From assembly GCF_035594765.1 (NCBI RefSeq), contig NC_085842.1:160407036-160471035 (forward strand): a DNA stretch of 64,000 bases, in the 5' to 3' direction. Below the pieces are notes generated by a model. The model saw only the letters and a list, made by a program, of their open reading frames with translations, was not told the origin of the DNA and did not search any database. How positions within the stretch are numbered: the first letter of the stretch is position 1; each line of letters opens with the position of its first letter. Shown here one piece after another: positions 10,420 to 23,238 of this stretch. The DNA is from Anolis carolinensis. Its lineage: Eukaryota. Position numbers and translations under genes: made by a program.

Positions 10420-11351
10420 ATTATTATAAATGGGGGGAGCTTTGCCTCCATGCAGTCCCTGAGGTAGGATCATGCATCAGATTTTATATTGTAATTGGCC
10501 CATCTAACCCTTTTCTTCCTGTTCTACTTTCCTGGCTGCCTTACCATGAAGTATCCTTCTTTTCAGCGAAGAGTGGCGTAGGCAGACCCTCTCATCGAAA
10601 GGGAGGGATGAGCTGTGGGTTGTATTTGCATAATTCTCCCAACAGTTAGTTAGGAATCCCAATGACATATCTGTTTTTTTTCTCTTTGGATTCTAAAGTA
10701 GGAAATTAAATTAATTCATTAAATACATTCTGGTTAAGTGCTTATGGTTATTACGTTTTCTGCAATTTATTCAACTAAAGGAGTCTCTCCTCCTCTGGCT
10801 AGGCAACATTTAAATTGCTTAGACCTCCAACCTTCCATAGAAAACTGATTTTTTTTCCTGTTGCCATACTCCTCACTGACTGGAGGGATTTCTCCTGGCA
10901 GGTTCGTCTTTTCCTTTTTCAAACTACCTTTGTCTAACATTTTTCTTACCACAAACTTGTTTTTATATTCTAAGAATCTCCAGACAGTGCTTTCTTTGCC
11001 TTGGCTTCTACGTTTTACACAAAGTTTCTGGTTAACCACTTTCTCCTTCCCCCCCATCCATTTCAGTTTTACTCAAGTGTTCTTTATCCCTAGTAATATC
11101 TGATTTCTGACTACATAAGAACATTGTCTGCCTATACAGATATCATTTATATTCAGATTTTACCCATGTAAAAGATAACAGATATCACAAACAACATATT
11201 TTCTTTCTGATGAGCTTAGCATAGGGCAATAAACACTGAGTAGGAAAAAGCTGATTGATATATATGTAAAAATACTAATTATTTATATATTTCCAAACTA
11301 CATTTTAGGAAAATAATTTCATTTCACCAAAATTTATAGAAAAGAAAGTTA

Positions 11352-11645
<294 letters not shown>

Positions 11646-12296
11646 CTAAAAAAGATTGCTTCAGACTTATTAATTTGTCACAACAATTCTGTTACTAGAC
11701 TGTTTTCTCCTGGAGAGATTACGCAAGCCTAACAAGTATGAATCATTATCAGAAGCTGATATGAAAGTATAATCTGGCCTGTTACTCAGGGTAAGATCAT
11801 ATGATTTATTGTTAAATCATATGATGCTACAGGCGCTGAGGGGCGCACCCTGGGACCTCAGGGCCAGCCTGCCTGCCTTTCTTCTTCCTTCCCTGCTTCC
11901 TCCCTCTGGTCTGGAAGGAGGGAAAGAAGGACGAAAGGAAGGAGAAAAGAAGGGAGCGAGGAAGATGCATATTATTATTGTTATTATTACAAAGGCTGGA
12001 TGGCCATCTGTTGGGGTGCTTTGATTGTACTTCTACTGCATGGCACACACATTTCTCGGGGCTCCACAGGAAACTGTTGCTTCAAAAAGGGTTCCGCAGC
12101 TGAAAAAGTTTGAGAACCCCTGATTGAAGGAATCATCTTAATATGGAGACATTTTACTGGTACAGACACATCTAAGCCAGTTTACATGTAATATTCCTGG
12201 CTTTATAAAGAAGCTAGCTGTGCCCGGCCACGCGTTGCTGTGGCAAAGTATGGTGGTATGGGAAATAAAGTATTGAGGAATTGGTGGTAGTTAAGG

Positions 12297-12601
12297 TCAA
12301 GGGTAAAGGTTTTCCCCAGACATTAAGTCCAGTCGTGTCTTACTCTGGAGGTTGGTGCTCATCTCCATTTATAAGCCGAAGACTCCTCCAAGGTCATGTG
12401 GGATGACTACATGGAGCGGCGTTACCTTCCCGCCGGAGCAGTACCTATTGATGCACTCACATTTGCATGTTTTCGAACTTCTGGGTTGGCAGAAGCTGGA
12501 GCTAACAGTGGGGGCTCTCTCCGCTCCCCCAATTCAAACCTGTGGCCTTTCAGTCCAGAAGTTCAGCAGCTCAGCGCTTTAACACGCTGCGCCATCAGGG
12601 G
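12297..12601 (-). mobile_element. Sauria SINE (within the Helitron)
   Basis: tRNA-like head TGGCGCAGCGTGTTAAAG and BovB-type tail GGGGAAAACCTTTACC on minus. Confidence 0.85.
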
Positions 12602-12689
12602 ATATTATTTCCTAAAGGTTGTGAATATACAATATTTCTGATTGGTTTTTTTTGTTTGTTGGAGGCAAGTATGAATGCTGCAATTAGGA

Positions 12690-13130
12690 AAAATGATTAG
12701 GATGTAATGGCCTTGCAGCTTTAAAGCCTGGCTGTTTCCTCCCTGAGTGAATTTTTTATTGGGAGGTGTTAGCTGGCCCTGATTGTTTCCTGTCTGGAAT
12801 TCCCTTGTTTTCAGAGTGGTGTTGTTTGCGATATTTTATGTGCTTGTACTGTCTGTGGCTCTGAGAAAACAGAGGATTTTCCAGACTTTGATGATGGGAA
12901 TACTTTGTTGGGAGGTGTTAGCTGGCCCTGATTGTTTCCTGTCTGGAATACCCTTGTTTTCAGAGTGATGTTGTTTGCGATATTTTATGTGCTTCTACTG
13001 TCTGTGGCCCTGAGAAAACAGGATTTGCCAGACTTTGATGATGGGAATACTTTGTTGGGAGGTGTTAGCTGGCCCTGATTGTTTCCTGTATGGAATTCCC
13101 TTGTTTATTTACTGTCCTGGTTTTAGAGAT
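12690..13130 (-). repeat. Three tandem ~150-bp units of Penelope-derived sequence
   Basis: TGGGAGGTGTTAGCTGGCCCTGATTGTTTCCTGT recurs at ~12760, ~12910 and ~13056; the same segment occurs in Penelope fragments at ~16345 and ~46905. Confidence 0.75.
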
Positions 13131-13177
13131 TATATTGTTCTGCATTATTCTATCCCAGTAATTATTTCATATTAAAG

Positions 13178-13834
13178 AAGAATCTCACTTATCCAACATT
13201 CGCTTATACAATGTTCTGGATTATCCAACGCAGTCTGCCTTTTCATAATCAATGCTTTTGTAGTCAGTGTTTTAAATTCATTGTGATATTTTAGTGGTAA
13301 ATTTGTAAATACAGTACAGTAGAGTCTCACTTATCCAACATAAACGGGCCGGCAGAACGTTGGATAAGCGAATATGTTGGATAATGAGGAATTAAGGATA
13401 ACCCTATTAAACATCAAATTAAGTTATGATTTTACAAATTAAGCACCAAAACATCATCTTAGACAATAAATTTGTCAGAAAAAGTAGTTCAGTACACAGT
13501 AATGCTATATAGTAATTACTGTATTTATGAATTTAGCACCAAAATATCACGATATATTGAAAGCATTGACTACAAAAATGTGTTGGATAATCCAGAACGT
13601 TGGATAAGCGAGTGTTGGATAAGTGAGACTCTACTGTAAATACTACATAGCATTACTGCGCATGGAACTACTTTTTCTGTCAAATTTGTTGTATAATATG
13701 ATGTTTTGGTGCTTAATTTGTATAACGATTACCTAATGTGATGTTTAATTGGCTTTTCCTGAATCCCTTCTTATTATCCAACATATTCACTTATCCTGCC
13801 GGCCTGTTTATGTTGGATAAGTGAGACTCTACTG
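13178..13834. mobile_element. Mariner-class MITE with a same-family MITE (13317-13636) inserted in the opposite orientation
   Basis: Inner copy CAGTAGAG..CTCTACTG is flanked by a duplicated TA; the outer halves rejoin as AAATACAGTA-AATACTAC. Confidence 0.8.
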
Positions 13835-15242
13835 TATATTTCTAATCTTATATTTGCTCAGAACTGGATTATCTGAGGCCCCTTCTTCACAGCTGTATAA
13901 AATGCACACTGAAGTGGATTATATGGCAGTGTGGAGTCAAGATAATCCAGTGCAAAGCAGATAATATAAGATTATAAATGGATTATATAGCTGTGTGGAA
14001 GGGCCTTGAGTCTACACTGCCATATAATCCAGTGCAAATTAGATAATCTGTGGAAGAAGCCTAAGTGAGGCCTAAATCTCCCTGTCCCCTAACTGAAACC
14101 TGGCTGTCCCTTGGTTGCTAGGCAACCAAGTGGGCAGAGATTAGCCCTCTAAACTGGCAGCAATTGGATAAAAAAAATTATTGCTCTCCCTCTAATTAGG
14201 ACTTTATTTTTCTTTTCTTTTTGTTGTATCAACCTTGAGGCGTGGATGATGGGTTGTGTTGTCAAATTTTGAGGTTGGGGGGCCTGTACTTTTGTTGTTT
14301 TGTGAATTGCCGTGATGCCATCACTCTTTTATATATATAGATAAGTTACAGATCTGCACACTCCTCCCCTACCTTTTTGTTTCTTTCTTATGAACTACAG
14401 TTCTTAGTTCTGTGTAAAACCAGGAAATCAGTTTATTATCAATTTATTAACCAGAATATTGAGTCAACATCCTGACATTGAAACAAAAGGTCTTTAATCA
14501 GATCTACAAGAATGTCAGAAATAAGCAAACCAAGAGATCTTTGTGTTCAAAAATAAAAGGAAAATGTTAGTAGAACTTTAATGTTTGAACAGGCCTTCAG
14601 GGGAAATTAAAATTGTAGATGGTTTGCAGGTCTCTCTAGCTCAAAGAATATGGGAACTTGGCTCCCAATGGGGTTAATTAATGATTTTAAATATGAATGT
14701 TATATTTGTAAATAGGGTTTTAATCACTGACAGTTTTAGATAATCAGGTCGCTATAAGGAATTTATTAAGTTTTAATCTGTTTTAATTTTTACTTTGTAT
14801 GTAGTAATTGTTAGCCGCTTTGAGTCTTGCCTTGGCACAGTATAAAAGCATGGAAAAGTGACTCAAACAAATAAATAGTAAAGTACAACTCAGGATCCCT
14901 CAGAAACCAAAAGACTGAAAAATGAAATGAATTTACCACTTGTACAAAGGGGGGAAAGTCAACACTTCCAACTTTACATCCAGGGCAGCCAAATACAAGC
15001 CTGCTCCCTCCTGCCTATTACATCCCCTCACATCTTGATATAGGGCCCTCATCATGTCTCCTCTCAGCCTTCTTTTCACAGGCTAAACATACCCAGCTCC
15101 TCATAGGGCTTGACCTCCAGACCCTTGATCACCCTGTCTTCTCCCATTTTCAGATGAACATCGACATCTCATCCACACTCCTAGGATGCGGATCAACGGC
15201 TACAGGAAAGTAGATTCTTACTTTCCTATAGGGAAGTAGATA

Positions 15243-15470
15243 AACTACAGGAAAGGAGATTCCAACTGAACATTAGGAAGAACTTTCTCAGGGTGAAAGC
15301 TGTTCAGCAGTGGAATTCTCTGCTGCGGAGTGTGGTGGTGGCTCCTTCTTTTGGAGATTTTTAAGCAGAGGCTGGATGGCCATCTGTAGGGGGTGCTTTG
15401 TATACAATTTTCCTCCTTGCAGGGGGTTGACTGGATGGCCCACAAGGTCTCTTCCAACTCTATGATTCTA
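15243..15470 (+). mobile_element. CR1 LINE 3' end
   Basis: AAACTACAGGAAAGGAGATTCC..CTCTTCCAACTCTATGATTCT. Confidence 0.8.
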
Positions 15471-15754
15471 AGATAACACTCCTCTAGTGATGCCACTGCT
15501 TGGGGCGTCTGGTAGTTTCAGTTTAAAACATCTAGCGTCGTGGCTCCCAAATTTTGATCCGCAGATATTCCCAGAACATTTGATAATGCGCATTATCTGC
15601 TTTGAACTGGATTATTTGAGTCTACACTGCCCTAGTTCAAAGCAGATAATCTCGATCTTGTACAACAGTGTAGATGGGGGCTGAGTCAGCGATGGCTTCT
15701 GGGAATTGTAGCCCCAAACACATGAGAGCCCAAAGTTTGGGAATAAGGGTGGGT

Positions 15755-16180
15755 TCCGACCGCAAATGGGGTTCCGAAAAAATGGGAATGTAAAGCTCCG
15801 TCCCCGCGCTTCTTTGCTCGCGCAGGCGCAGTTATTCCCGCCGCGGAGGCGCGCTAATAAGCAACGAGTCCCAGTAAGGAGTCTACTCCTTCGACGCCTG
15901 CCGTCGGACTCACTTTCTGTTGAGGTCACTGGTAACGACGATACCTCGCTCAGCACTACCAGCGCCCAAAATGAAGCGGCAGCAAAGCCAAGGTCCCACC
16001 GCATTGCCCGTCGGAGGGCACACACGAGTGAATTGAGGCCCGCAGCACCTCACTCTCCCTCGCCCGCCCTCCGCCGACGGACAGAAAGGCCGTTGGGCGT
16101 CACCTGAGGGGAGCTCGAGGGAGGTGGCGCGGCGCTTCGTCTCGTGCCGCTCTGCCGTACGTCACGGTTGGAACGCTCCC
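15755..16180 (-). promoter_or_regulatory. CpG-island promoter of TMPRSS12-like copy A
   Basis: Local CpG enrichment; CRE-like TACGTCA (16158-16164) abutting MYB-like CGGTTG (16165-16170); NRF1-like GCGCAGGCGCA (15820-15830). Confidence 0.65.
15914..16004 (-). CDS. TMPRSS12: TMPRSS12-like copy A, exon 1 (signal peptide)
   Basis: ATG at 16004; MRWDLGFAAASFWALVVLSEVSS; consensus GTGAGT donor; 91 bp, phase 1 fits exon 2; same length as copy B exon 1. Confidence 0.82.
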
Positions 16181-16184
16181 TTGC

Positions 16185-16548
16185 TGTTGGAAACTTGGCA
16201 AGTGGGGTTTATATATCTGTCCAGGGTGGGAGAAAGAACTTTTCTCTGAGGCAAGTGTGAATGGTGCAATTGGCCACCTTGATTAGCATTACATGATCTT
16301 GTAGCTTCAAAGTCTGGCTGCTTCCTGCCTGGAGGAATCCTTTGTTGGGAGGTGTTAGCTGGCCCTGATTGTTGCCTGTCTGGAATTCCCTTGTCCTCTG
16401 ATTTGTTCTTTATTTACTGTTCTGATTTTAGAGGGTTTTTTTAATATTGGTAGCCAGATTTTGTTCATTTACATGGTTTCTTCTGACAGACTACACAGAG
16501 AAGCTGTTGAAATCCACAAGCATGTGGACAATTTCAACAGAAAGGAGG
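16185..16548. mobile_element. Penelope-like element fragments (inverted junction; GIY-YIG C-terminus)
   Basis: pLTR-type sequence on minus, then RLHREAVEIHKHVDNFNRKE on plus. Confidence 0.75.
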
Positions 16549-16664
16549 TCCCCATTTCAGTATTATTGAGGAGATGCCACCTGAATGCAACCACACCCTT
16601 CATAATCTATGCCTGCCATTTCAGGAAGGCTTTTGATTATGTCCACTGAGGTATCGCCATGCCT

Positions 16665-16960
16665 TTACCCTCCTCAGCAAGAATCACCAACAACCACCAC
16701 AGATCTCTTCTTGTACCTCAGGGAGGTACAGGAGCCCTTCCACCAACACTGCTGAGCTTTCTGAGGCTGGTCCAGGACATGTCTTTGTAACTTCAGAGGT
16801 AGAGAATAATTTCTGATATTTCTGTGTGTCACATTCTTTCAAACATTCGCTTCTTCCTTTGGTTGCCTTCCTCATCCCTTGGCACATCCTTTCTATGTTC
16901 TTCCTGAAGAGTGCTCCGCTCTGTCTAAAAACAATTAATCTTCCCTGATTATTCATAGCA
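16665..16960 (-). mobile_element. Probable CR1 ORF1 (esterase) relic
   Basis: KKRSVVVVGDS motif on minus near 16675-16715. Confidence 0.45.
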
Positions 16961-17468
16961 AGGGGTTAGACTGGATGACCTTTGTGGTCTCTTCCAACTC
17001 CGTAAGTAGGATTCTATGATGATTTTAAGTGGGCATCAAACTCTAGTACCTTCTCTTTCAACAGAACAATCTGTTTGCAGATACTGCGTGATGATGATGA
17101 TGATGATATAGATGATGATGTTTCCAACTCCTACAACTAGCCACCACATCTTCAAACTGGAAAACAAACCTTGCATGTAACTCTTAAAAGAGATACATAC
17201 ATTTTATTGATTAGCCTATTGAAAGTATCAAAACATTTGACAAACACATTTAACACATACGACATACAACCCACATTACAACCAAAGTTAAAATAAACAA
17301 ACTGTTAACAAGGGGTCAAAATCTTGAAACAGATCAAATATCTGCATCACCCCTACAATTTACACCAATCGACTACAAATATACAGTTCTCAGAGTTACT
17401 TTAAATAGAAAAGGGGTCATTTTGTATGTTATTTTACCATTCTGGCTGGCCAATAAACCTTGTATGTA

Positions 17469-17799
17469 CAGTAGAGTCTCACTTATCCAACATTCGATTG
17501 GATTATCCAATGCAGTCTGCCTTTTAGTAGTGAATGTTTTTGTAGTCAATCTTTTCAATACATTGTGATGTTTTGGTGCTAAATTCGTAAATACAGTAAT
17601 TTCTATAAAACATTGTTATGTATTGAACTGCTTTTTCTGTCAAATTTGTTGTAAAACATGTTTTGGTGCTTAATTTGTAAAATCATAACCTAATTTGATG
17701 TTTAATAGGCTTTTCCTTAATCCCTCCGTATTATCCAACATATTCACTTATCCAACGTTCTCCCGGCCCCATTAATGTTGGATAAGTGAGACTCTACTG
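17469..17799. mobile_element. Mariner-class MITE (CAGTAGAG family)
   Basis: Both TIRs present; TA at the left flank. Confidence 0.8.
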
Positions 17800-18089
17800 T
17801 GTATTACACCGCATTGCAACAGCTCCATCACTTGTCTCTTGATTTGCTGAGGTGGTAACTCAGCACTCCAGGCTTCACCCTCATACTCATCCTGCTAAAG
17901 CCTCAAACAGAACGCTTCTGTTTATTTACCCCCATTCTCAAACATCTCTTCCAAACTAACAAAACACGGAGAGCAGCCACATAAAGCTAGGGACTGCCAG
18001 CAAAATTTAACCAAGCCATGTGGAAAGGGACTCATGTACTCTCAGTGGACATGTCATCTCATAGCCTTCTTAGACAGAATACAGAATGC

Positions 18090-18090
<1 letters not shown>

Positions 18091-18141
<51 letters not shown>

Positions 18142-18165
18142 CAATAATAATAATAATAACAATAA
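18091..18165. repeat. (AAT)n microsatellite, probably the tail of an L2-type element on minus
   Basis: About 25 TAA/CAA units adjoining GCCCGCCACCATCTCCC..GAGTGGCTTAC. Confidence 0.85.
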
Positions 18166-18749
18166 TACTTTATGGCCCGCCACCATCTCCCAAAGGGTCT
18201 TGGAGTGGCTTACATAAGCACGTAATAGTGCAATAAAATACACAAAATACAGTAAAACAATAGCAATGACAATTTACATGAAACAAATATACAATAAACA
18301 GCATATAAAATCCTTGTTAATTAAATAAGATATTTAATAAAACTCAACTTTCGCAGAATACACACAATGGTGGTGTTAAGGCTACATACATTTGAATCCC
18401 GCTTTGAATCCCCAATGAGGGAAGAAAGCTGGATATAAATAAATAAATAAATATTATAATAATATATTTGAGGGGAGGGGATTCACCAACATTTTATCCC
18501 AGAACTTTTAAGCTGTTACAGATGTATCAATTTTTGAGGTACACATTGTATGTCTTGGGGTACATATACTGGACAAGCCACAGGTAATGTTAAACTGTAT
18601 TTTTACATGACATACACAGCATTACATTCCCTGTCTTCTTTCCATCATGCTTCAATAGGTTCCTTTCATAAAAAGCATTTCCAGTGAACCAGTAACCTAG
18701 TAATGTGGTTTAGAGAGCCCACACAAATCTTAAATTTTCACTTAAAATA

Positions 18750-19588
18750 TGAGGGTCTCTCCAAAAGTATTGCACAACATTAAAAAAAGTTATTCTACAT
18801 CTTTGCTATTTGCTGAGGGCACAGAGGAATCCTTCCCACTTTCGTTCAGATTGAATTCAACCCACACCTGCATACAGCGCTGTCATCGCACTCCTCCAAG
18901 ATGTTTGCTGCTCTTTAGATCCATCAGAGCAACGTGCTGTAATTGATTCCTGTTTTGTGAGAATGAGACAGTCGGGAACATTGACAAGACTGAGGAAGGT
19001 GACACTGCCGATCACAGTACTGTTAGTCGCTGGGTGCGCAGGTTATCTGGTGAAAAAAGGCATGTTCTTTTCAGGATGCTCCACAAAGCAGCAGACCATA
19101 CACCACACAAACTGACAATGTGGAGCATGTGAATGACATGGTTAAGGCTGATAGGTGCATAACTGTTAAAGAAATGTCACATCAACTGGACATTGGGGAA
19201 GCAAGTGCGTGCAATTGAAGAAAGTCTGTACAAGGTGGGTCCTGAGGAAGTGGACAGATGCAAACCAGGAAATCTGAAAATCCGCATTCAGCGAACTCTT
19301 GGCTCAGTATGAGAATGATGGAAACATTTCTTTCAAAAATCATGATGGGAGATGAAACACGGTCACACCATTTTGAACCAAAGACAAAGAGACAATAAAT
19401 TAAGTGGCATGTGAGCTGATACTGTGAGGCATACAGTCCCAAGGTGGTGTCAGGTTGTTGAAAGGGATGGGGACTATGTGGAAATGTGACATTTCCCCCC
19501 CTATATATCAATATACTGTATAAATAGCAAAAATGTTGAATAAATTTGATTTTTTAAAAAATGGTGTGCATTACTTTTGGAGTGACCT
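18750..19588 (+). mobile_element. Degraded, internally deleted mariner transposon with transposase remnants
   Basis: TIRs GAGGGTCTCTCCAAAAGTATTGCAC / GTGCATTACTTTTGGAGTGACC; TA at left; remnants TVSRWVRR, DRCITVKEMSHQL, KVCTRWV, FLSKIMMGDETRSHHFEPKTK with stops and frameshifts. Confidence 0.8.
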
Positions 19589-20284
19589 GAAGAGCAAATA
19601 TATGTGGCATGATCTGTTTACAAATCCTTTTGATTTTAGCCTTTACAATATCTAATCTAATCTATCTAAATCTAATCTATCTAAATCTAATCTAAATCTA
19701 TAATAAAAGCAAAAACCCATATGTGTGTATGTGGCACAGATGTCTGCTCGCACAGACAGCCTCCACAAACAGGCTATACTTCCCAGGGTTAAAAATCTCT
19801 TTTCCACTGACACTGTCACTCTTTTCCACTGACATTGTCGTTACAATGAGCGCCATGAAAATGCAGCCCAAACCATGCCAATGTCCTTCCCAAACACTAC
19901 AGCCCACCATCTAAGGCAGGGGTCCTCAAACTTTTAAAGTGGAGGGCCGGTTCATGGTCCCTCAGATTGTTGAGGGGCCGAATTATCATTTGGAAAAAAA
20001 AAACCGAACAAATTTCTATGGACACTGCACATATCTTATTTGTAGTGCACCCCTCCCCCCCCCCCGACAACAATTATTTATTTATTTGCTACATTTATAC
20101 CCCACTCTCTCTCACCCCGAAGGGGACTCAGAGCGGCTTACAAGTTGTATACAATATATTATATTATTAGCATAGTACAATATTAGCATTACATATTAAT
20201 ATATTGTACTATACCACTATACTGTAATATTATTGGTAATATTATATTTAATATATAATATATAATTAATATTATTATTATTTT

Positions 20285-20511
20285 GTGTCAGGAGCAACTT
20301 GAGAGAATTGGCCGTCTGCAAGGACGTTGCCCAGGGGACGCCCGGATGTTTTGATGTTTTTACCATCCTTGTGGGAGGCTTCTCTCATGTCCCCGCATAG
20401 AGGGAGCTCATTCGTGCTCTCCCAGGGTGGGATTCGAACCTGGCAGCCTTCAGGTCAGCAACCCAACCTTCAAGTCACGAGGCTTTAATCCACTACGCCA
20501 CTGAGGGCTCC
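20285..20511 (-). mobile_element. Vingi-tailed tRNA SINE
   Basis: A and B boxes; flanked by AATTAATATTATTAT direct repeat. Confidence 0.82.
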
Positions 20512-20545
20512 AATTAATATTATTATACAATACTATTATATTGTA

Positions 20546-21013
20546 CTAGCTGTGCCCAGCCACGCGTTGCTGTGGCAAAGTGGTGGTGGTATTGGTTAAA
20601 AATTGTTGTGTAATTTTTATTTGACGTTATTTGTATTTTTTAATTAATTTTATTGTAAGTTATCTTTTTATTTATTATATTTTATTATTTTCTTGTATAA
20701 TTTTTAGTTATTTTTTGTTATTATGATATTTTATTGTATTCATTTTTTAGTGTTTTTTTTAGTGTTTTTTATTATTTTTTATTGGGTTGCTAGGAGACCA
20801 AGTTGGAGGAGCTTAGCCTTCTAACTGGCAGCAATTTGGATAAAAGCAATTATTCCTCTCTCTCTAATTAGGACTTTATTTTTCTTTTCTTTTTGTTGTA
20901 TCAACCTAGAGGCGTGGATGATGGGTTGTGTTGTCAAATTTCGAGGTTGGGGGGCCTGTAGTTTTGTTGTTTTGTCGGTCGCCGTGATGCCATCACTCTT
21001 TTATATATATAGA
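20546..21013 (-). mobile_element. Short non-autonomous Helitron
   Basis: Same termini as 12214-14341; inserted between A and T. Confidence 0.85.
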
Positions 21014-22986
21014 TAGATTATTATTATTATTAGCTGCCCTGAGTCCCCTATTGGGTGAGAAGGGCAGGGGTAGAAATACTGTAATAAATAAATACGTATT
21101 ATATTGTATTACATTATAATATTATTATCAAGATTATATGTATACACAATATATTATATTATGATCATAGCACAATATTAGTAAATGAAAGAACAATACA
21201 ATATTTAAAAATAAAAACAGTTTTAACCAACATACTGTAAACCTTTCAGGATTTCAATGGGAAGTGTGGGCCTGCTTCTGCCCAATGAGATAACCAAGTT
21301 AAGTAGGATTGTTGTTGTTGTGTGCCTTCAAGTCATTTCAGACTTTGGGCGATCCTAAGTCTAAAACTGAGAGCGGGGGCCAGGTAAATGACCTTGGAGG
21401 GCCGCATCCGGTCCCCGGGCCTTAGTTTGGGGACCCCTGATCTAAGGAATGCTTTTATTTGGGGACAATTTCCTCCTAGATTTTGCTTTTTCTTCCACCA
21501 CAGGCAGGCATCCCAGGGTTCTCCATTGCTGTGGCATTTGCATGGCCCCGCCCACTGCCCTTTCCTTTCCAATCTCTCTGCATAACAAACAGAGCACAAC
21601 TGAGCTGCAACTAAACTTACTGGAGGAGTTTAGGGATTGACTCCACATGGTGGAAGTTGTAGTTCACCCTGCATCAAGTCAGAGCACTGTCACTCCTACT
21701 GGGGAATATACAGGAGTTGTAGTTCACCTACACCCAGAACACTATGAACCCAAACAAGGATGGGTCTGGGCCAAACTTACCATGCAGACCCGATATGCCC
21801 AGATTTGACTACTGGTGGGTTTGGAGGGGAACTGGACTGGAAGTTCAGGAGTAGTAGGTATTAAGATTTATAGTTCACCTGATATGAATGAGCATCACAC
21901 TTGGCACACAGAGCCCCCATAACCAATACAACATATTGGATAAGTTTGGGGGAAATGGAGTTCACCTGCAACCAGAGAAACACTGACCCCCACCGACAAT
22001 GCACTAGGAGCACACTTCACATAGAGAAGCCTCATGACCTACTGAACATACTGCAGGCATTTGTGGGAAGGGGCCTTGATTTTGGGAGTTGTAGTTCACC
22101 TCCATCCAAAGACCACTGAACCCAGCCAATGACGAATCTAGACTTGCCACACAGACTGAACTGGGAACACAGACTGAATATTGCCTGCTGTGACTACTGA
22201 TAGATAGGGAATCTGGAAATTGCAGTAGTTCATCCCCATCCACAGAGTACTGCACCACACGATTCTGGGAATTGTAGTTCACCCACTCCAAACAGAATAC
22301 ATAACATTAAAACACAAATAATACCATTCTCAAATGACCCGGGCATCGCCGGGTCCCCAAGCTAGTGTTAAATAAAAGCTACTGTAATTTGAACTGTACC
22401 TGAAAAGAATACATGCCTGACTTTCCATGGCTTCATGAAAATCAGTAGAACCCGCAAGAACTAACAAGATCTCTCTGAGAGTGATCTTCGAGATACAGAA
22501 ATATCACTTCTTCGAACACTAAGAAACTAGTTGTGGACAAATGTTTTGCAGGAATGAAGAGTGAAATTGTGTACTTTTCAGTTTTTGGAAGTGCATGACT
22601 GAAAAATATTATAGCTAAATAATGATAGATGCACTTCACTACAAAGTATGTCTAAAGTTCAAAACATTATGGATAATATTAATTAAATCTATTTGAATCT
22701 ATATTGGGAGTGAAATAGTTAATCCGTTACACAGTGTAATCATGTTAAAAATGATACAGTGCATTTTTAAAACAATTCTCTTTCTTTTCAGCATGCTTTG
22801 ATTAATATGATGAAAATAGTTTAGAATGCAAACATACATACAACTCATCAGTGCCTTTCCATTTGCATTTTAAAATAATTACTGACATTTATTTGTGAAT
22901 TTCTGGGGTCAAAATTATAAACCCTACCACATTGTAAAATAATTCATTTGAAACAATATTTTGAACAACATTTTAAAAGGCCATGT

Positions 22987-23238
22987 TTAGTCTGAGATAA
23001 TTTTAGAATAATGGGAAGCAACCCATAACACAGTGAAAAAGATAAGCATATGGTGACTGCACAGGGTGGTGGTTCTGTTATTAAGCTTTGAATGCAGCCA
23101 ATCTTTGTACTTGGCTAAATTTACGTAAATTCCTGGGCTCCTAGGTCGGCCACAACCATATCCATAACTTGTGATTCCTATCAGATAATACTTGTCCTCA
23201 TTTTTGAGATAGCACATCAGCGGTCCACCACTGTCTCC
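22987..23238 (-). CDS. TMPRSS12: TMPRSS12-like copy B, exon 5 (catalytic Ser GDSGGP, hydrophobic tail, stop)
   Basis: AG acceptor, phase 0; GDSGGPLMC..GITSYGYGCGRPRSPGIY; AATAAA on minus at 22888-22893. Confidence 0.92.
   Translation of the reverse strand, partial: GDSGGPLMCYLKNEDKYYLIGITSYGYGCGRPRSPGIYVNLAKYKDWLHSKLNNRTTTLCSHHMLIFFTVLWVASHYSKIISD

Larger units (their letters stand above)
12214..14341 (-). mobile_element. Non-autonomous Helitron carrying TE cargo (Sauria SINE, Penelope repeats, nested MITEs)
   Basis: On minus, 5' TCTATATATATAAAAGAG and 3' hairpin GCCACAGCAACGCGTGGC followed by CTAG. Termini match the short copy at 20546-21013. Confidence 0.85.
19917..21439. mobile_element. 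hAT non-autonomous element with nested SINE and Helitron
   Basis: TIRs CAGGGGTCCTCAAACT / AGTTTGGGGACCCCTG; perfect TSD ATCTAAGG (19909-19916, 21440-21447). Confidence 0.9.
19697..22365 (+). mobile_element. Non-autonomous Helitron (second family) with nested insertions
   Basis: A|TCTATAATAAAAG start preceded by reiterated TCTAA; 3' hairpin GACCCGG-GCATCG-CCGGGTC followed by CTAG|T. Confidence 0.82.

Noticed and set aside
18018-18236. Poly-Ile ORF
   Set aside because: Translation of the (AAT)n microsatellite.
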